Below, in pieces: positions 12,045 through 23,957 of a stretch of DNA of 64,000 nucleotides. Source of the stretch: Felis catus (lineage: Eukaryota); NCBI RefSeq assembly GCF_018350175.1, contig NC_058368.1, positions 61,506,001 through 61,570,000 on the forward strand, in the 5' to 3' direction. The position numbers were made by a program, and so were the translations under genes. The stretch's first letter is position 1; every line of letters begins with the position of its first letter. The notes below the pieces were generated by a model. It was not told the DNA's origin and did not search any database. It saw only the letters and a list, made by a program, of their open reading frames with translations.

Positions 12045-12081
12045 ATAAATAAAAACACTAAAAAATTAAAAATAAATAAAC
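11762..12081 (+). mobile_element. CAN-SINE with internal duplication
   Basis: TSD AAAATGCATATAT at 11746-11758 and 12082-12094. Confidence 0.97.
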
Positions 12082-12130
12082 AAAATGCATATATCTTTAA
12101 GAAGTCCTGTTTTTGCAGCAAAGGTGTTTT

Positions 12131-12362
12131 TATTTTATTTTTTTTTAATTTTTTTTTAACGTTTATTTATTTTTGAGACAGAGAGAGACAGACCATGAAC
12201 GGGGGAGGGTCAGAGAGAGGGAGACACAGAATCTGAAACAGGCTCCAGGCTCTGAGCTGTCAGCACAGAGCCCAACGCAGGGCTCGAACTCATGGATGGA
12301 CCACGAGATCATGACCTGAGCGGAAGTCGGCCGCTCAACCGACTGAGCCACCCAGGCGCCCC
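12131..12362 (-). mobile_element. CAN-SINE (SINEC_Fc-like)
   Basis: TSD CAGCAAA(G/A)GTGTTTTTA at 12116-12132 and 12362-12378. Confidence 0.98.
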
Positions 12363-14079
12363 AGCAAAAGTGTTTTTAATTTACATGACGAAAGTATGCT
12401 ATAAATTGTTTAAATTTCTAAATTCATTTAAAATAACTCTCTGACATAGCAAGTGGTTATTAAATTCCCAATAAATGATTTCTGTTATACTATTTTATTA
12501 AGGAATAGAGTAACAATATGTTAGTAAACTAATATATGACTAGTGTCTAAGTCCCTTACACTCAACTTCTGTCAATGAATTTATGACTTTTTTATATCCA
12601 GTGACCTTTCCTGTGTCCTTATATCTCATAGCCTGTTTTTAGAATTTGACCATGTTGACAGTTAGGAGACTATGAAATTGGAAGTTAGAGTTGATAACTT
12701 ATGATGATTGATACAAATGTGTGTTGCCAGACAGAAAAGCAGATGTTCACATCCACATCAAATCACTGGTCTTAGGGCTTTTATGACTTTCTGTGTAACA
12801 TGTGACTAAAAGGGGTTCACCCATTGCAGAGCAAGAAAGAGAAATTCCTGTGGAGGATTTCTTTAGAGCAAGCTGTGTGTTAAATCTACTATGTATGGGG
12901 GAGTTGGGAACTCGCTGCACTTAATTCTCCGGCCTAAGTTCGGAGGAGGTGTTGGTCATAGAGAATTTATTTGTCTTTTGGAGTTTGACGTCTGACCCCT
13001 AACCCCAGAAAATCTGGAAAACAACACTGAATAGACTGTGGGATTCTTGGGAGGTCCAGTCAAGGTGAGATGCTACCGTGTTTGCCTATAAGTCAAGGAT
13101 ACGATGACTATTTCCTTTGAACAGGAGTGGATCGTAACAAGAGAGAGCTGACAAGAGTCATGTTAAGTTCTGCTCAAGAAGACCACCTCGAAGCAAAAGA
13201 ATCAAATATCTACTAGTCTTCAGAGTAAACTGCAGGAACTCTGGGAGTAGGGAGGAGTGAACCTAGGAGTGAACCTACATGGTTCATTCACCCACATCAT
13301 TTCTTAGCCACAAGTGCCCAGCATGGTAAACAGTGATGTCTCCACACAAATGTGAAACATGGAGTCAGCAAGAGTACACAGCATCATGTATTTTAAGAGT
13401 AAGCCCTTAGTTCTTAATCAGTTCTCACATTGGGCCCCATGCTAAAGGGGTCAGACACAGTAACTAGCATGTGAGGGAGATTTGAGGAAAAATGAGACGA
13501 TATGGATCATGACCATTCTTTTGGTTCAGATACTAAAGCTAGGGGGAAAAAAAAGTTATCTCTCACATCTTTCCTTATTGTTAGGCAACTGGATATTTAA
13601 AATGAGATTCTTTTTGAGACCTGAAATGGCAGTAGCACTTTGGATGTGTGAACAGAAAAGTCATTGATTTGCCCCTTTTTTTAAGAAAAGAATCAATGTT
13701 AAAATGAAGAGCAAGAAATAAAAATAAAGTTGTAATATTTTTTATATCATGAAAGGGCATTGCTTCAACATAATGATTAAATCAATTATTTATAGATTCT
13801 ATTTCCTTTGATTCATGAATTTGCCTATCTTGTTTCTCTGTGTAATATTACTTTTTAAATAGCTTCTTAGTCTTTAATTTATTATGTCACATGCTGAATA
13901 TAAGTATTCAAAACTTCTCTCCTCAGCTATTTTTTGCTCATTCAGATCATTCATATGTGATCTGTCAGTAACATTGCCTCAATTATCACCATTATGTAAA
14001 GTATGCACATATTAAAAATACCTCTATCTGTGTTCCTTAATATGAACTGGGGTACTTTCCACTCCAGTGTTAATTAGGG

Positions 14080-14127
14080 GTGTATGTGTGCATGTGTGCA
14101 TATGTGTGTGTATGTGTGTGTGTGTGT
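14080..14127. repeat. Imperfect (TG)n microsatellite
   Basis: Seen directly. Confidence 0.9.
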
Positions 14128-15157
14128 AATATAAATTCTGCAACACTCAACTATTCTTTATGGACATTTTCAAGTTATTTATAATACTCTGACACAACCA
14201 CAACAAGTTTTTAAACTATATCTTGTCAATGGTTTGAAAAATCTATCATTTTCAGTTTGGCTTCACTAATTCACTTCCTCTTGTATGAACCAATTCCTTT
14301 GTCCTGTAGGTCCTTCCAATTTATGCAAATTTGTGTCCAAATAATCTACTTTGAACAATGAGTTGCTGCTTGCATGTTAAACACATATAACAATTTCAAT
14401 TTCATACCATTTATTTCCATCCATGCCTCCAATGATATATTTAACTTTCAATTTTACATCATACTTCTCTCTGAGTGGAGGTATTATATGTAGAATAATA
14501 TTTTATTGTGGGAAACATATAATACACTATTAGATGATTTGGAGAGCATTTCAGTAGCCAGTGTTGCTGGATGTTGCACACTTGTTTCATGTGATGGAAC
14601 CACACAGATATAGGAGAAATTAGGGAGAAAAGATTGAGGGAAATTTCCATTAATTCAAAAAAAATTCAAAAATATAAATAATGCAGAAATGCTATAAACT
14701 AATCAAGAATAGAGTTATAATTATGAGGGAAACCAAAGAGATGTATAAAAAATGAAATGTTATAATAGTGCACTACATGGCTGTATTATCAGTGATATTT
14801 ACAAAGTTACATTAAGTATACTCAGAATTTTGATTTAATTAAAAATTATATCATAAATGTATTGGTAAGATGAATCTAAGGAATTTCTGAAACCTCCTTA
14901 GAGTCAATAATGAAAAAAATAATAATGCCTAAAACTGAAAAAATAGTAAGTAGCTCTATGATACTGTTACTCAGAAATATGGTAGTAAATACTCAAGTTA
15001 GTAAATAAAATACTTAAAAGAAGATTCTTCTGGGGATGACAAATGGTGACGATGCAGTGTGAGTATGAGTATCCCATTATATAAAACTTCTGTAAAAAAA
15101 AGAATCTAAAATTTAAAAAGCACATTATTTTAACAAGATAAATTGCAATTTATATTT

Positions 15158-15379
15158 CTTTACAATTTTAGTGTTTATTCATTTTTGAGAGAGAGGGAGA
15201 GAGAGACTGAGACCACGAGCTGGGGAGGGGCAGAGAGAGAGGGAGACACAGAATATGAAGCAGACTTCAGGCTCCGAGCTGTCAGCACAGAGCCTGATGC
15301 AGAGCTTGAACCCGCGATCTGTGAGATCATGACCTGAGTGAAGTCGCACGCTTAACTGAGTTATCTATCCAGGCACCCC
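15158..15379 (-). mobile_element. CAN-SINE
   Basis: TSD TGCA(A/T)TTTATATTT at 15144-15157 and 15380-15393. Confidence 0.97.
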
Positions 15380-15924
15380 TGCATTTTATATTTTTTGTGT
15401 TTTATTGTGAAACAAATTAAAGAACATCAATATTGGTTGTCTATCTTTAAATTTTTATGTTAAAAATAGATTTTAGGAACAATCTGCATGTCATATCTAT
15501 ATGTGCATTATACTATCAATCTCAGGCAATTTCATCACTTTGATTTAGCTTCGTAAAGTGTTTACTGTACTTACTAAATATACTTAGATCTTTTGAAAAA
15601 TGTATAATATACATGAAAGATTTGAAGAAGAAAATGCACCAGGTGAACAAAAACAGTGTGTTAAGAGAGGGATTCAGGGATATCTGCATACCTGTTATCA
15701 AAAAAATATATATATAAATCTAAATTAATCATTTTATTTTCCTAAAAGCTGCTTCTTTGTTTATTAAAAAGGAAAATCTGAGGGCTATTACAATTTTCAG
15801 AAGTTCGCTTTTTTCTTCTCTTACTATTTATAGTGGTTGTTAGTTGGCTACTCCTTCTAAAAGTAACTAGAAATGCTGGAATATATCATATATATCATGT
15901 ATGATATATGGTATTTTTGAAAAT

Positions 15925-15926
<2 letters not shown>

Positions 15927-15954
<28 letters not shown>
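15927..15954. repeat. (CA)n microsatellite
   Basis: Seen directly. Confidence 0.95.
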
Positions 15955-15956
<2 letters not shown>

Positions 15957-15989
15957 CCTCATAAACCCTATAGCACAAATTTAAAACAA

Positions 15990-16470
15990 GCTTGTTAATT
16001 GGTACAAAAGAATCCAGCTGGGAGTTTGTTTGGAATCACATTAAATCTACAGGTCTATCTCATATGAACTAATAGCTATATGTAGTTTCTTCATTAACCA
16101 GCAAAATATTATCATTATATTTGATTCAGTCTTCATAGATTTCTTTAGCAGCATTTTGTTGTTTTCATCATGCAAGTCTTGAATGTATTTTTTTCAGATT
16201 TATACCAAATCATTTAATATTTGAGGGCTAATCTAAGCGCACTTTAATGCAAATTCTAATTGCTGATGTATAGATATACAATTGAGTTTTGTAGACTAAC
16301 CTGGCATAGTGTGAAGTTTAAAAAAGTCATATATTAGGTCTAATAGCTTTTCATAGATGCTTTGAAGTTTTCTCCATAGCAAATCATGCTGTCTGTGAAT
16401 AAAGACAGCTTCATTCCCCGTTATTCTGGTTATATGGCTGGTAGCAGGTACCAAAGAAAACATTTCTTTT
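15990..16470 (-). mobile_element. Old L1M ORF2 (RT-region) fragment
   Basis: TTGGAATCACATTAAATCTACAG...GATGTATAGATATACAATTGAGTTTTGTAG...AATCATGCTGTCTGTGAATAAAG, reverse of the degenerate FxDDMI region. Confidence 0.7.
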
Positions 16471-18919
16471 AGAAATTTAATAGTGAATGTATTTTTAGAA
16501 GCCAATTTCCATGTAATGTTTCAACTATACGTTGAATTTATTTCAACTATACGTATTCAGTCATTTGATATCTTTCGGGTTTTTTTTTCAACTAAAAATC
16601 AAAATATCATGACAACGTAAACTTTTTGTCCTTTATTATTTTTAGCTATAATTAGAAGTTCATAAGAAGTTAACTGCAGCAATGCTCATCTATCATAATG
16701 CAAGAGAGGGTTTTTGGCATTATGCAATATTACATTTTTCAGTGAGTCTTTTTTAAATTTGTAAATCATATTTAATATTATAGTATTAATTTTGGAACAT
16801 GTCTAGTAATTATAGTAATTTAGCAATAAGAATGAGCATGTTTTATACTGTGCTTAGTAGTGGCGAAAGAACAAAACATCTAATATTTATTTCTGTAGGT
16901 GTCAAATGTGTATTTTTCTGCCTGGATTCAATCTCCTCAGAAAAGGCCAAGCAGATGATAGGCTGTTGTGAAAGGCTTCAGAGTGGCCTGTTCCATACTA
17001 TCAAATGTAAATACTTTTTGAGGTCTTTCACAGCTTTTCTTCAGAGAGTATGCTTTGAGAGCATTTTTTCTCAAATCTTTGCATCTCTTTAAAATACAAC
17101 AAAACATTAAAATGTAAACATTGTTAGGAGCTTTTTATGATACATTTCTTTATGTGTTATTGCTATTTAAAGTGAAAACCAATGACATACACACATTTTT
17201 GAAGTTATATTTTGCCTGGTAACAGTAGTATAAAAGTTCAAAACACTACTTTTTAAAACTCTTAGATAATATGCATGAAAGTTACTGTTTTGAATCTGTT
17301 CTAATAGGCTTAAAAATAAGCCTGAAGTCAGAAGTTTAGCAAATTTTGAATGTTATCAAATTAAAAAATAAGAATTATATATTATTTAATAATTAAATAA
17401 CTATATTATTATTGCATTTATATGGAATAGAATAATCCATTGGCCTGAGAAATAAAGACTTTAAAAAAAAAGACACGTAGGTATTTTAACTTGCCAAACA
17501 TCATTTTGTTATTAAAAGACATCATGTACCTGAAAACATACCTACTGAATTACAATGCTACTGTCAAATAATTTATAAATAACTTTTTCTCCACCCACTT
17601 ATTGAGGGCTTATTAGTAATTACTTCTTTCCTTTCGTTAATATGTATGAATTTGAGGGTTTTTTTTCAGATGCAGTATTTCTTAGGTGTATTTGGAGGGA
17701 GGAAGGGTTATGGAAAGCAGTCATAGAATATGCATCCAGTTTTGTTTGCATTATTTCTAGCTGAGTTCAAAGCGTTAGTCAAATTTTGATTATTTATACT
17801 TTACCTATTGCCTCCTAATTTCTCTTTTCTGCTTTTCTCTCTGTGCTACCCAATTAATCTGTCATTCTATATAATAGTCATTTGCCACTTAAAGCATTAT
17901 CAGGGTGTTCCTTGTTCCTCTATTCAAATAATATTTCTATAATATATTCCTAAGGTCTTTTGCTGATTATAGACTAAACTGTCTTGGAGTTCTCTTTGTT
18001 CCCAATCTACTAGCATAATTTTGCATTTCTGTTTGCAACAGGTTGAAAATAGACAAAATACTATGACATTGACTGTTGTTCGGGAAAATCTAAGTGGCTA
18101 ATATGGCAATACATTACATTACCTTAGTTGTAGACTGTTGCCCTCAGTTCTCAGTCATGACAACCACAAAATCTGCTTATCAAGCCATCCCTCCTTAAAG
18201 ATTTTTAATGAATCCAATCAGTGGAAAAAAGAAAGATAGAAATACAAGATCTGTAATCGTTATTTACAATAATAAATGGTCAAGTAAATAAGTGGGTATG
18301 ATTTGCTCATATTCTCATATCCTCTTCATGAATGCAGATATATATATATCAAATAAAAAATATAAGTAATTATTTTACAATAAGTGATATAATGATTGTC
18401 TGACATACTGTCTCTCTTTAAGCTTGTTTGGGCACGTGTAACGTCAATTGAGACCTAATACCTGATGGACAGACACAATAGCAAAGTAAGGGAAGCCAGC
18501 TTGCTAAATCTAATAGATAATCCGATATCTCCTAAAATAATAGCCATCAGACCAGACACTGGTTTCCTAGAGGGAGCACTTTCTTTTTTACAGTTTTTAA
18601 GAAAGTCTGCAAATATATTCTTCTCTCATCTTGTTTCATGCTTCCTTTGCTGAGGACTCACATTCTGATTCGATTTTTTTTTCCATATTGTAATACTGTC
18701 AGTCACATAGCAAGTAAGCCCAGGGCCATCTCTTTTCTTGTATGACTTAATGGAATGCATTTTTGATGAATTAGAAGTAACTCTTAGATGGTGATCTTTT
18801 TTTCTTTTTTTACTTTTAAGGTTTGGGGTCATGGTGCTCATTAACTTACTCATGTATCAGAGAAAGAACTGTACTTTTATTATTGTGCTAAAAGCAGATT
18901 TCAGTATCTGAAACAGTTA

Positions 18920-19055
18920 ATGTTAATATTACATAGCAATTATATGTGACAGACACTAAGTGCTTTACATATAATTAACTCATATAATACTTATAAAAAT
19001 TCTTTGAAGTAAGTTTTGGTTATTTTCATTGTACAAATAAGAATATTGAACTACA
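18920..19055 (-). mobile_element. MIR fragment
   Basis: TATGTGACAGACACTAAGTGCTTTACATATAATTAACTCAT...TTTCATTGTACAAATAAGAATATTGA, MIR core pattern. Confidence 0.65.
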
Positions 19056-20125
19056 TGCTGTATTATTTATGTACAGGGTAATTTCAAAATTTAAAGAAAA
19101 CATTATCAATTGCAAGAGAGTCTGTCTTGTTTTTATCTTGGCCGAATGTCAGTACCAGATTTCTAGGAGTCTCCAGAGACTAGCACAGATCTATACCAGT
19201 CCCTCTGTATGTATGATAGACCAATCTTACACAAAACTCTACTTCTATTCTCAAGTGATTGATGAACATTTCTTAGGACACCTATCTGATAGTGAAATTT
19301 GGCTTTCTTTTGAACCTATCCCTTTTCTTGCAGACACTGGTAAGACAGTCTTCTTGAGATACAAAATGTCTGAAACCTCAGCATTGAGACATGGGTAAAT
19401 AGCCTTCCACATATAATTGGAACATTTCTGTAAGCCATCCTCCCAACTATAAATAGTGATTTTTTAAAAATGTACATCAGACTATGTCATTTCCTTGGTT
19501 AAACTTATCCAAATAATGAACAGACTGAGGATATAAACATATTTAAGGTACTATACCTAGCACACATATTTGTTGAAGATATTAAAACACTGATATGAAG
19601 CCATTAAAAGTAGCAAAAATATAAACTAGTGAAATTAATGATCAACTTCATTCATGAATATTGTAATATTTATTCTAAATAAATCACTGGTACGTTTTAT
19701 CTAAATATTAGATAATTAAATATTAGAAACTATTTATGCAACTCATTATATTAAGTTTTCCAACAACAAAAATCACTGGATTGTCCTAATAGATACTGAA
19801 AAATATAATTGCAATCATAGTACAATAGAAAATAAGTTACTTCTCTAGCTTTATGAAAACTTTATACTTCAGACCAAAAGCCAATATCACGCATAATGGG
19901 GATTTGCAATAATCACGTCAGTTGAAATCAGAGAGAAGACTGTATCCTCACTGTCCTTTAAGAGTGTTCTGAATGTATTTGCCAATGTAATTAGTCAAGA
20001 CAAAAGATAAGAGAACTGACATTTGAAAAACAGAAAAGAAATTATTGTATGTAAATAGTAAGAGAAACAGGGAATTAGCAAAAACAAAAAGCAAACAAAA
20101 TAAAATAAAACAAAAAACTATTTAG

Positions 20126-20288
20126 GTGTAGTAAGTGATAGGTATTAAAGAGTGTACTTATCATGATGAGCATCTATAATGTATAGAATTGCTGAATCAC
20201 TGTATTGTTCACCTGAAACTAAAATAACACTGCATGGGAATTAAAAAAATTAAAATACATACATACATACATACATACATACATACAT
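20126..20288 (+). mobile_element. Short carnivore L1 3'-end fragment with (TACA)n tail
   Basis: TATCATGATGAGCATC...GAATCACTGTATTGTTCACCTGAAACTAAAATAACACTG; flanked by CTATTTA on both sides. Confidence 0.8.
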
Positions 20289-20805
20289 GCTATTTACGAA
20301 AAAAATAAGAGAAGGCAGAGAAACTTTTTCATGAGATTATAGAAAAGAAAAAATAGATAAAAAGCTATACTTTGGGTGTACAACTTTGCATATGAAAATT
20401 CATCAGTTTTAGTCTTATTTTCTTCGAATTATTCATAAAACCAAGGGAAACTGTTAAATATGTTATGGGAGGGGAGACATGTCATAGCACATATTGAAAA
20501 ATTCTATGAAATTTCAGTATTTAAAGCACTTTGGTTTGGGACAAAAGGCAGATTCATGAAATATAGTCCCTTAGTAGGGACATTATTGTACATGTGCTAG
20601 TACTTAATGAAAAATGCAAATACACATTAACCGCATAACTTCACTCTTACAAATGGTAGAAAAGCTGGTGATCAAGTTGATTGGAGGTAGGGCAAAGAAA
20701 TTTCTCAAAATGCACAATGGGCAATTCTTGCCTCAGCTTTAAGGAATGGTTGATGCTACAATGGCTGTTCCCTCTGCCCACCTGTTGATATGTTGGAGGG
20801 GCATT

Positions 20806-21069
20806 ATATGTATAATTATAAATATATTTATACACATACACACATTTATATACATATATGCACACATACATATATACACATATACACACATATGCATACA
20901 CACGTATATACATACATACACAGTCTGAATATATATTACAATACATGTATATTATGTGCATACATGTACATAAATATAGTGCAATTATGTATATATGTAT
21001 ATATAAGATATATATTATACCTTATATATACATTATAATGTATGTGTATATATGATGCACTTCTATGTT

Positions 21070-21119
<50 letters not shown>

Positions 21120-21125
21120 CATATT
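20806..21125. repeat. Compound (TA)/(CA)/(TACA) low-complexity tract
   Basis: Seen directly; ends in pure (CA)n(TA)n at about 21073-21119. Confidence 0.95.
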
Positions 21126-21360
21126 CATATTTGATCTTCAAACTTGAAACCTCCAGCCTGATTACTATATGGAAATACCTATGTTTGTATGCAGTACACA
21201 CATATTTATTTATATATATTTAAATATACTATCAAATATGTTTATACTGCATGTATACATCCTTTTAAGGGGGAGTCCCAGTGTTTCTTGGTTCTGGAAA
21301 GTAACACAAGAGTAAGAGATGAGGATATTGGGGCCAGGAGAGAGGCTGCGCATGGAGGCT

Positions 21361-21491
21361 CATTCCTAATGAGATGGAATGCACTGGGCAGGAGGACGGG
21401 CCAGCTGTTGACTAACAGACTACCAGCTGTCTGGACATTTCACTGCCCTTTCTCTTATATAAGGCCTGAGAAAAATGTGTCTGACCACTCC
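21361..21491 (+). promoter_or_regulatory. Candidate TATA/Inr Pol II promoter with MCAT and E-box sites (unverified)
   Basis: CATTCCT 21361-21367, GGAATG 21376-21381, CAGCTG 21402-21407 and 21424-21429, TATATAAG 21456-21463, Inr CCACTCC 21485-21491. Confidence 0.35.
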
Positions 21492-22387
21492 CTGTACTTG
21501 TACAGAGCAAATGCTGAAAGCCAACCTTAGATCTCCTACTGATCTCCTACTGATTTGGCAGCCAAACAAACAGAATTCTGATTGCCCATACTCCATACTC
21601 AATCTCAAAAAATGAACGTGAGAGGCACCGTCCATGTTGCCTGTCACTCGTTCTTCTTCTTCCACTGCTAAAACAGTTTGGAAGACCAGAGCTATTGCTC
21701 AATGCATGCGTTGTGTAATGCCTCAAGCCTTGAAGTGAGTTATGCTGTGTGCCCAAGTCTGGTACTCTCACATATGTGTTAATATACCCTAAATATCAGT
21801 TCTTTCCTCTTTAAAAGATTATTTAAAGTAAACCAAGGTGCTACCTTTTTATGTGTGAATAAACTGTAGTAAATTAAGGGAGAATTTAAGAAAAATTTTT
21901 AAAAAATAACAATTTTAGCTAGCCAGTTACAAGGAAGATAACAATTTTATGTACCAAGGCTGTGTGATTTCTCCATGGGCCCCAAGGTAGGAGAGAGATG
22001 CCCTGGTTTATAAAAAAAAAAAAAAAAACTTATCTTGCACATAATGCATAGCTACAGGTACTATTTGCTATTGTATATAATCCCGGGCAGCAATGGTTCC
22101 CCTAAATTCATTATGCTGCAAAGCCATGTAGCCTTACTGAGGTATTAAGTACTGCGGTCATGAAAGCCAAGGCAGGGTGGCTCTGAAGTTTACCAACATC
22201 CCTGAAAACATCATCATAAACATGGTCATGAGAAGTGTTAATGGTCATGAGAAGGACATGGTCATGAGAAGTGTTAATGAAAAAGTTTAAGCAAAATTTA
22301 TAGAATACTAATCTTTACATAGTATATACATGTACTTTTAAGGTGAGCAGCAATCTCCTGTCTGATCCAAGTTAAAAGTCCATTTTA

Positions 22388-22613
22388 TTTTATTTATTTA
22401 TTTTTGAAAAATATTTATTTATTTTTGAGAGACAGAGTGAGACAAAGTGAGAGTGGGGAGGGGCAGAGAGAGAGGGAGACACAGGATCGAAAGTAGGCTC
22501 CAGGCTCTGAGCTGTCAGCACAGAGCCCGAAGTGGGGCTTGAGCCCACAGACTGTGAGATCATGACCTGAGCTGAAGTCGGACGCTCAACCGACTGAGCC
22601 ACCCGGGTGCCCC
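22388..22613 (-). mobile_element. CAN-SINE
   Basis: TSD AAAGT(C/T)CATTTTA at 22375-22387 and 22614-22626. Confidence 0.98.
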
Positions 22614-23740
22614 AAAGTTCATTTTAAATATACACTGATACAAATAACAAAGCTAATTACATATTGGATTATTTACCAAACAGAATAATTTAGATGGAGA
22701 CTATATTGCTTTGGTGTAGTGGTCAATTTAGTCACATTATTTTAACTGTAGAACTCTGTAGCATTCGGTTAGTTTAATGATTTTTTGAAATTATTGGGCC
22801 AAACCACTGCATGAGCAATCCTTGTTAGGACAGGCAGTGATTGTCATGGCATTGGACTTAAATGAAATGTGAAGCGTTATCCCAGTTCTTCCAATAATAG
22901 GTTCTGCATATGCCCTTATTTTCTAACTTTTATAAAAATGTTGGTATCAGCTGAAAATGTGCATTGAGACATCATATCAAAAATACATTGGGGGAAAAAG
23001 TCATAAACAGAAATGCAGCTGGTATTTTTTCATCCTGCGTTTGACTTGGATGAAAGTTAGACAATTTGGAAAGCTGCATTATGTGTTTTAGGATATATGG
23101 GTCCCACACTAGTTGCGTAATGTGCCAGATAGCACTTCAGTGACCTGAATAATTGTTCTGACTGCCCAAATTGGGATTAATTCCTCACAGGCCTGCCAGA
23201 AGTTGTTTTCTTAATTTTACTGTTTGGAACTATATGAAAATTTTCTGCATAGTTTTCTACTTTGAGTAGGGACAGATATGAAGACAGTTTGGTAGCCAAA
23301 CCAGAAGCAGTAAGTGGTAGTGTGTAAGAAGAGAAGCAGCGTGTAAGCTTCAGATTAGTACATTTTTATTATGTACTGCTTCCTACCAGGGAGATTTCTA
23401 TACAAACATGTGGGTAATAAAATAGGCATAGTAAATCTTTGACAACCAAAATTTTATAATCTGCAAGAAGACAATACTGAAGAGGACAAACTTAGTGTAG
23501 TATATAGGACTTCATTACTAGAAGTTTTCAGGTACTGAGCGGCTGACAACTTTATGGAATATGGATATCCATGAAGCAGATATCAGGAAACAAAGAAACA
23601 CTAGAATAACATGAAAAATGTTCTGTATGCTGCTACATTCTTCTGTGTGTCAGTTATTCTACCAAAAAAAAAAAAATTACCATAATTTATACCTACATAA
23701 ACTGGATGGAAAGCGTGGGATAAATATCAATACCACTTTT

Positions 23741-23957
23741 TTAAATTTTTTTTTCAACGTTTATTTATTTTTGGGACAGAGAGAGACAGAGCATGAATGG
23801 GGGAGGGGCAGAGAGAGAGGGAGACACAGAATCGGAAACAGGCTCCAGGCTCTGAGCCATCAGCCCAGAGCCCGACGCAGGGCTCGAACTCACGGACCGC
23901 GAGATCGTGACCTGGCTGAAGTCGGACGCTTAACCGACTGCGCCACCCAGGCGCCCC
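23741..23957 (-). mobile_element. Young felid SINE (SINEC_Fc-type)
   Basis: Near-identical to the 9677 copy; TSD ACCACTTTT at 23732-23740 and 23959-23967. Confidence 0.98.

Noticed and set aside
16865..17086. Possible minus-strand terminal exon (RCKDLRKNALKAYSLKKSCERPQ...) with AATAAA at 16891-16886
   Set aside because: Weak AAG acceptor, unrecognised peptide and no supporting upstream exons
18626..18853. 75-aa basic minus-strand ORF with a GTGAGT donor-like site
   Set aside because: The Lys-rich stretch comes from T-runs; no recognised homology or good acceptor
20647..21055. Y/I/H/C/M-rich ORFs (also 35087-35552 and 63050-63461)
   Set aside because: Artefacts of stop-poor TA/CA microsatellites
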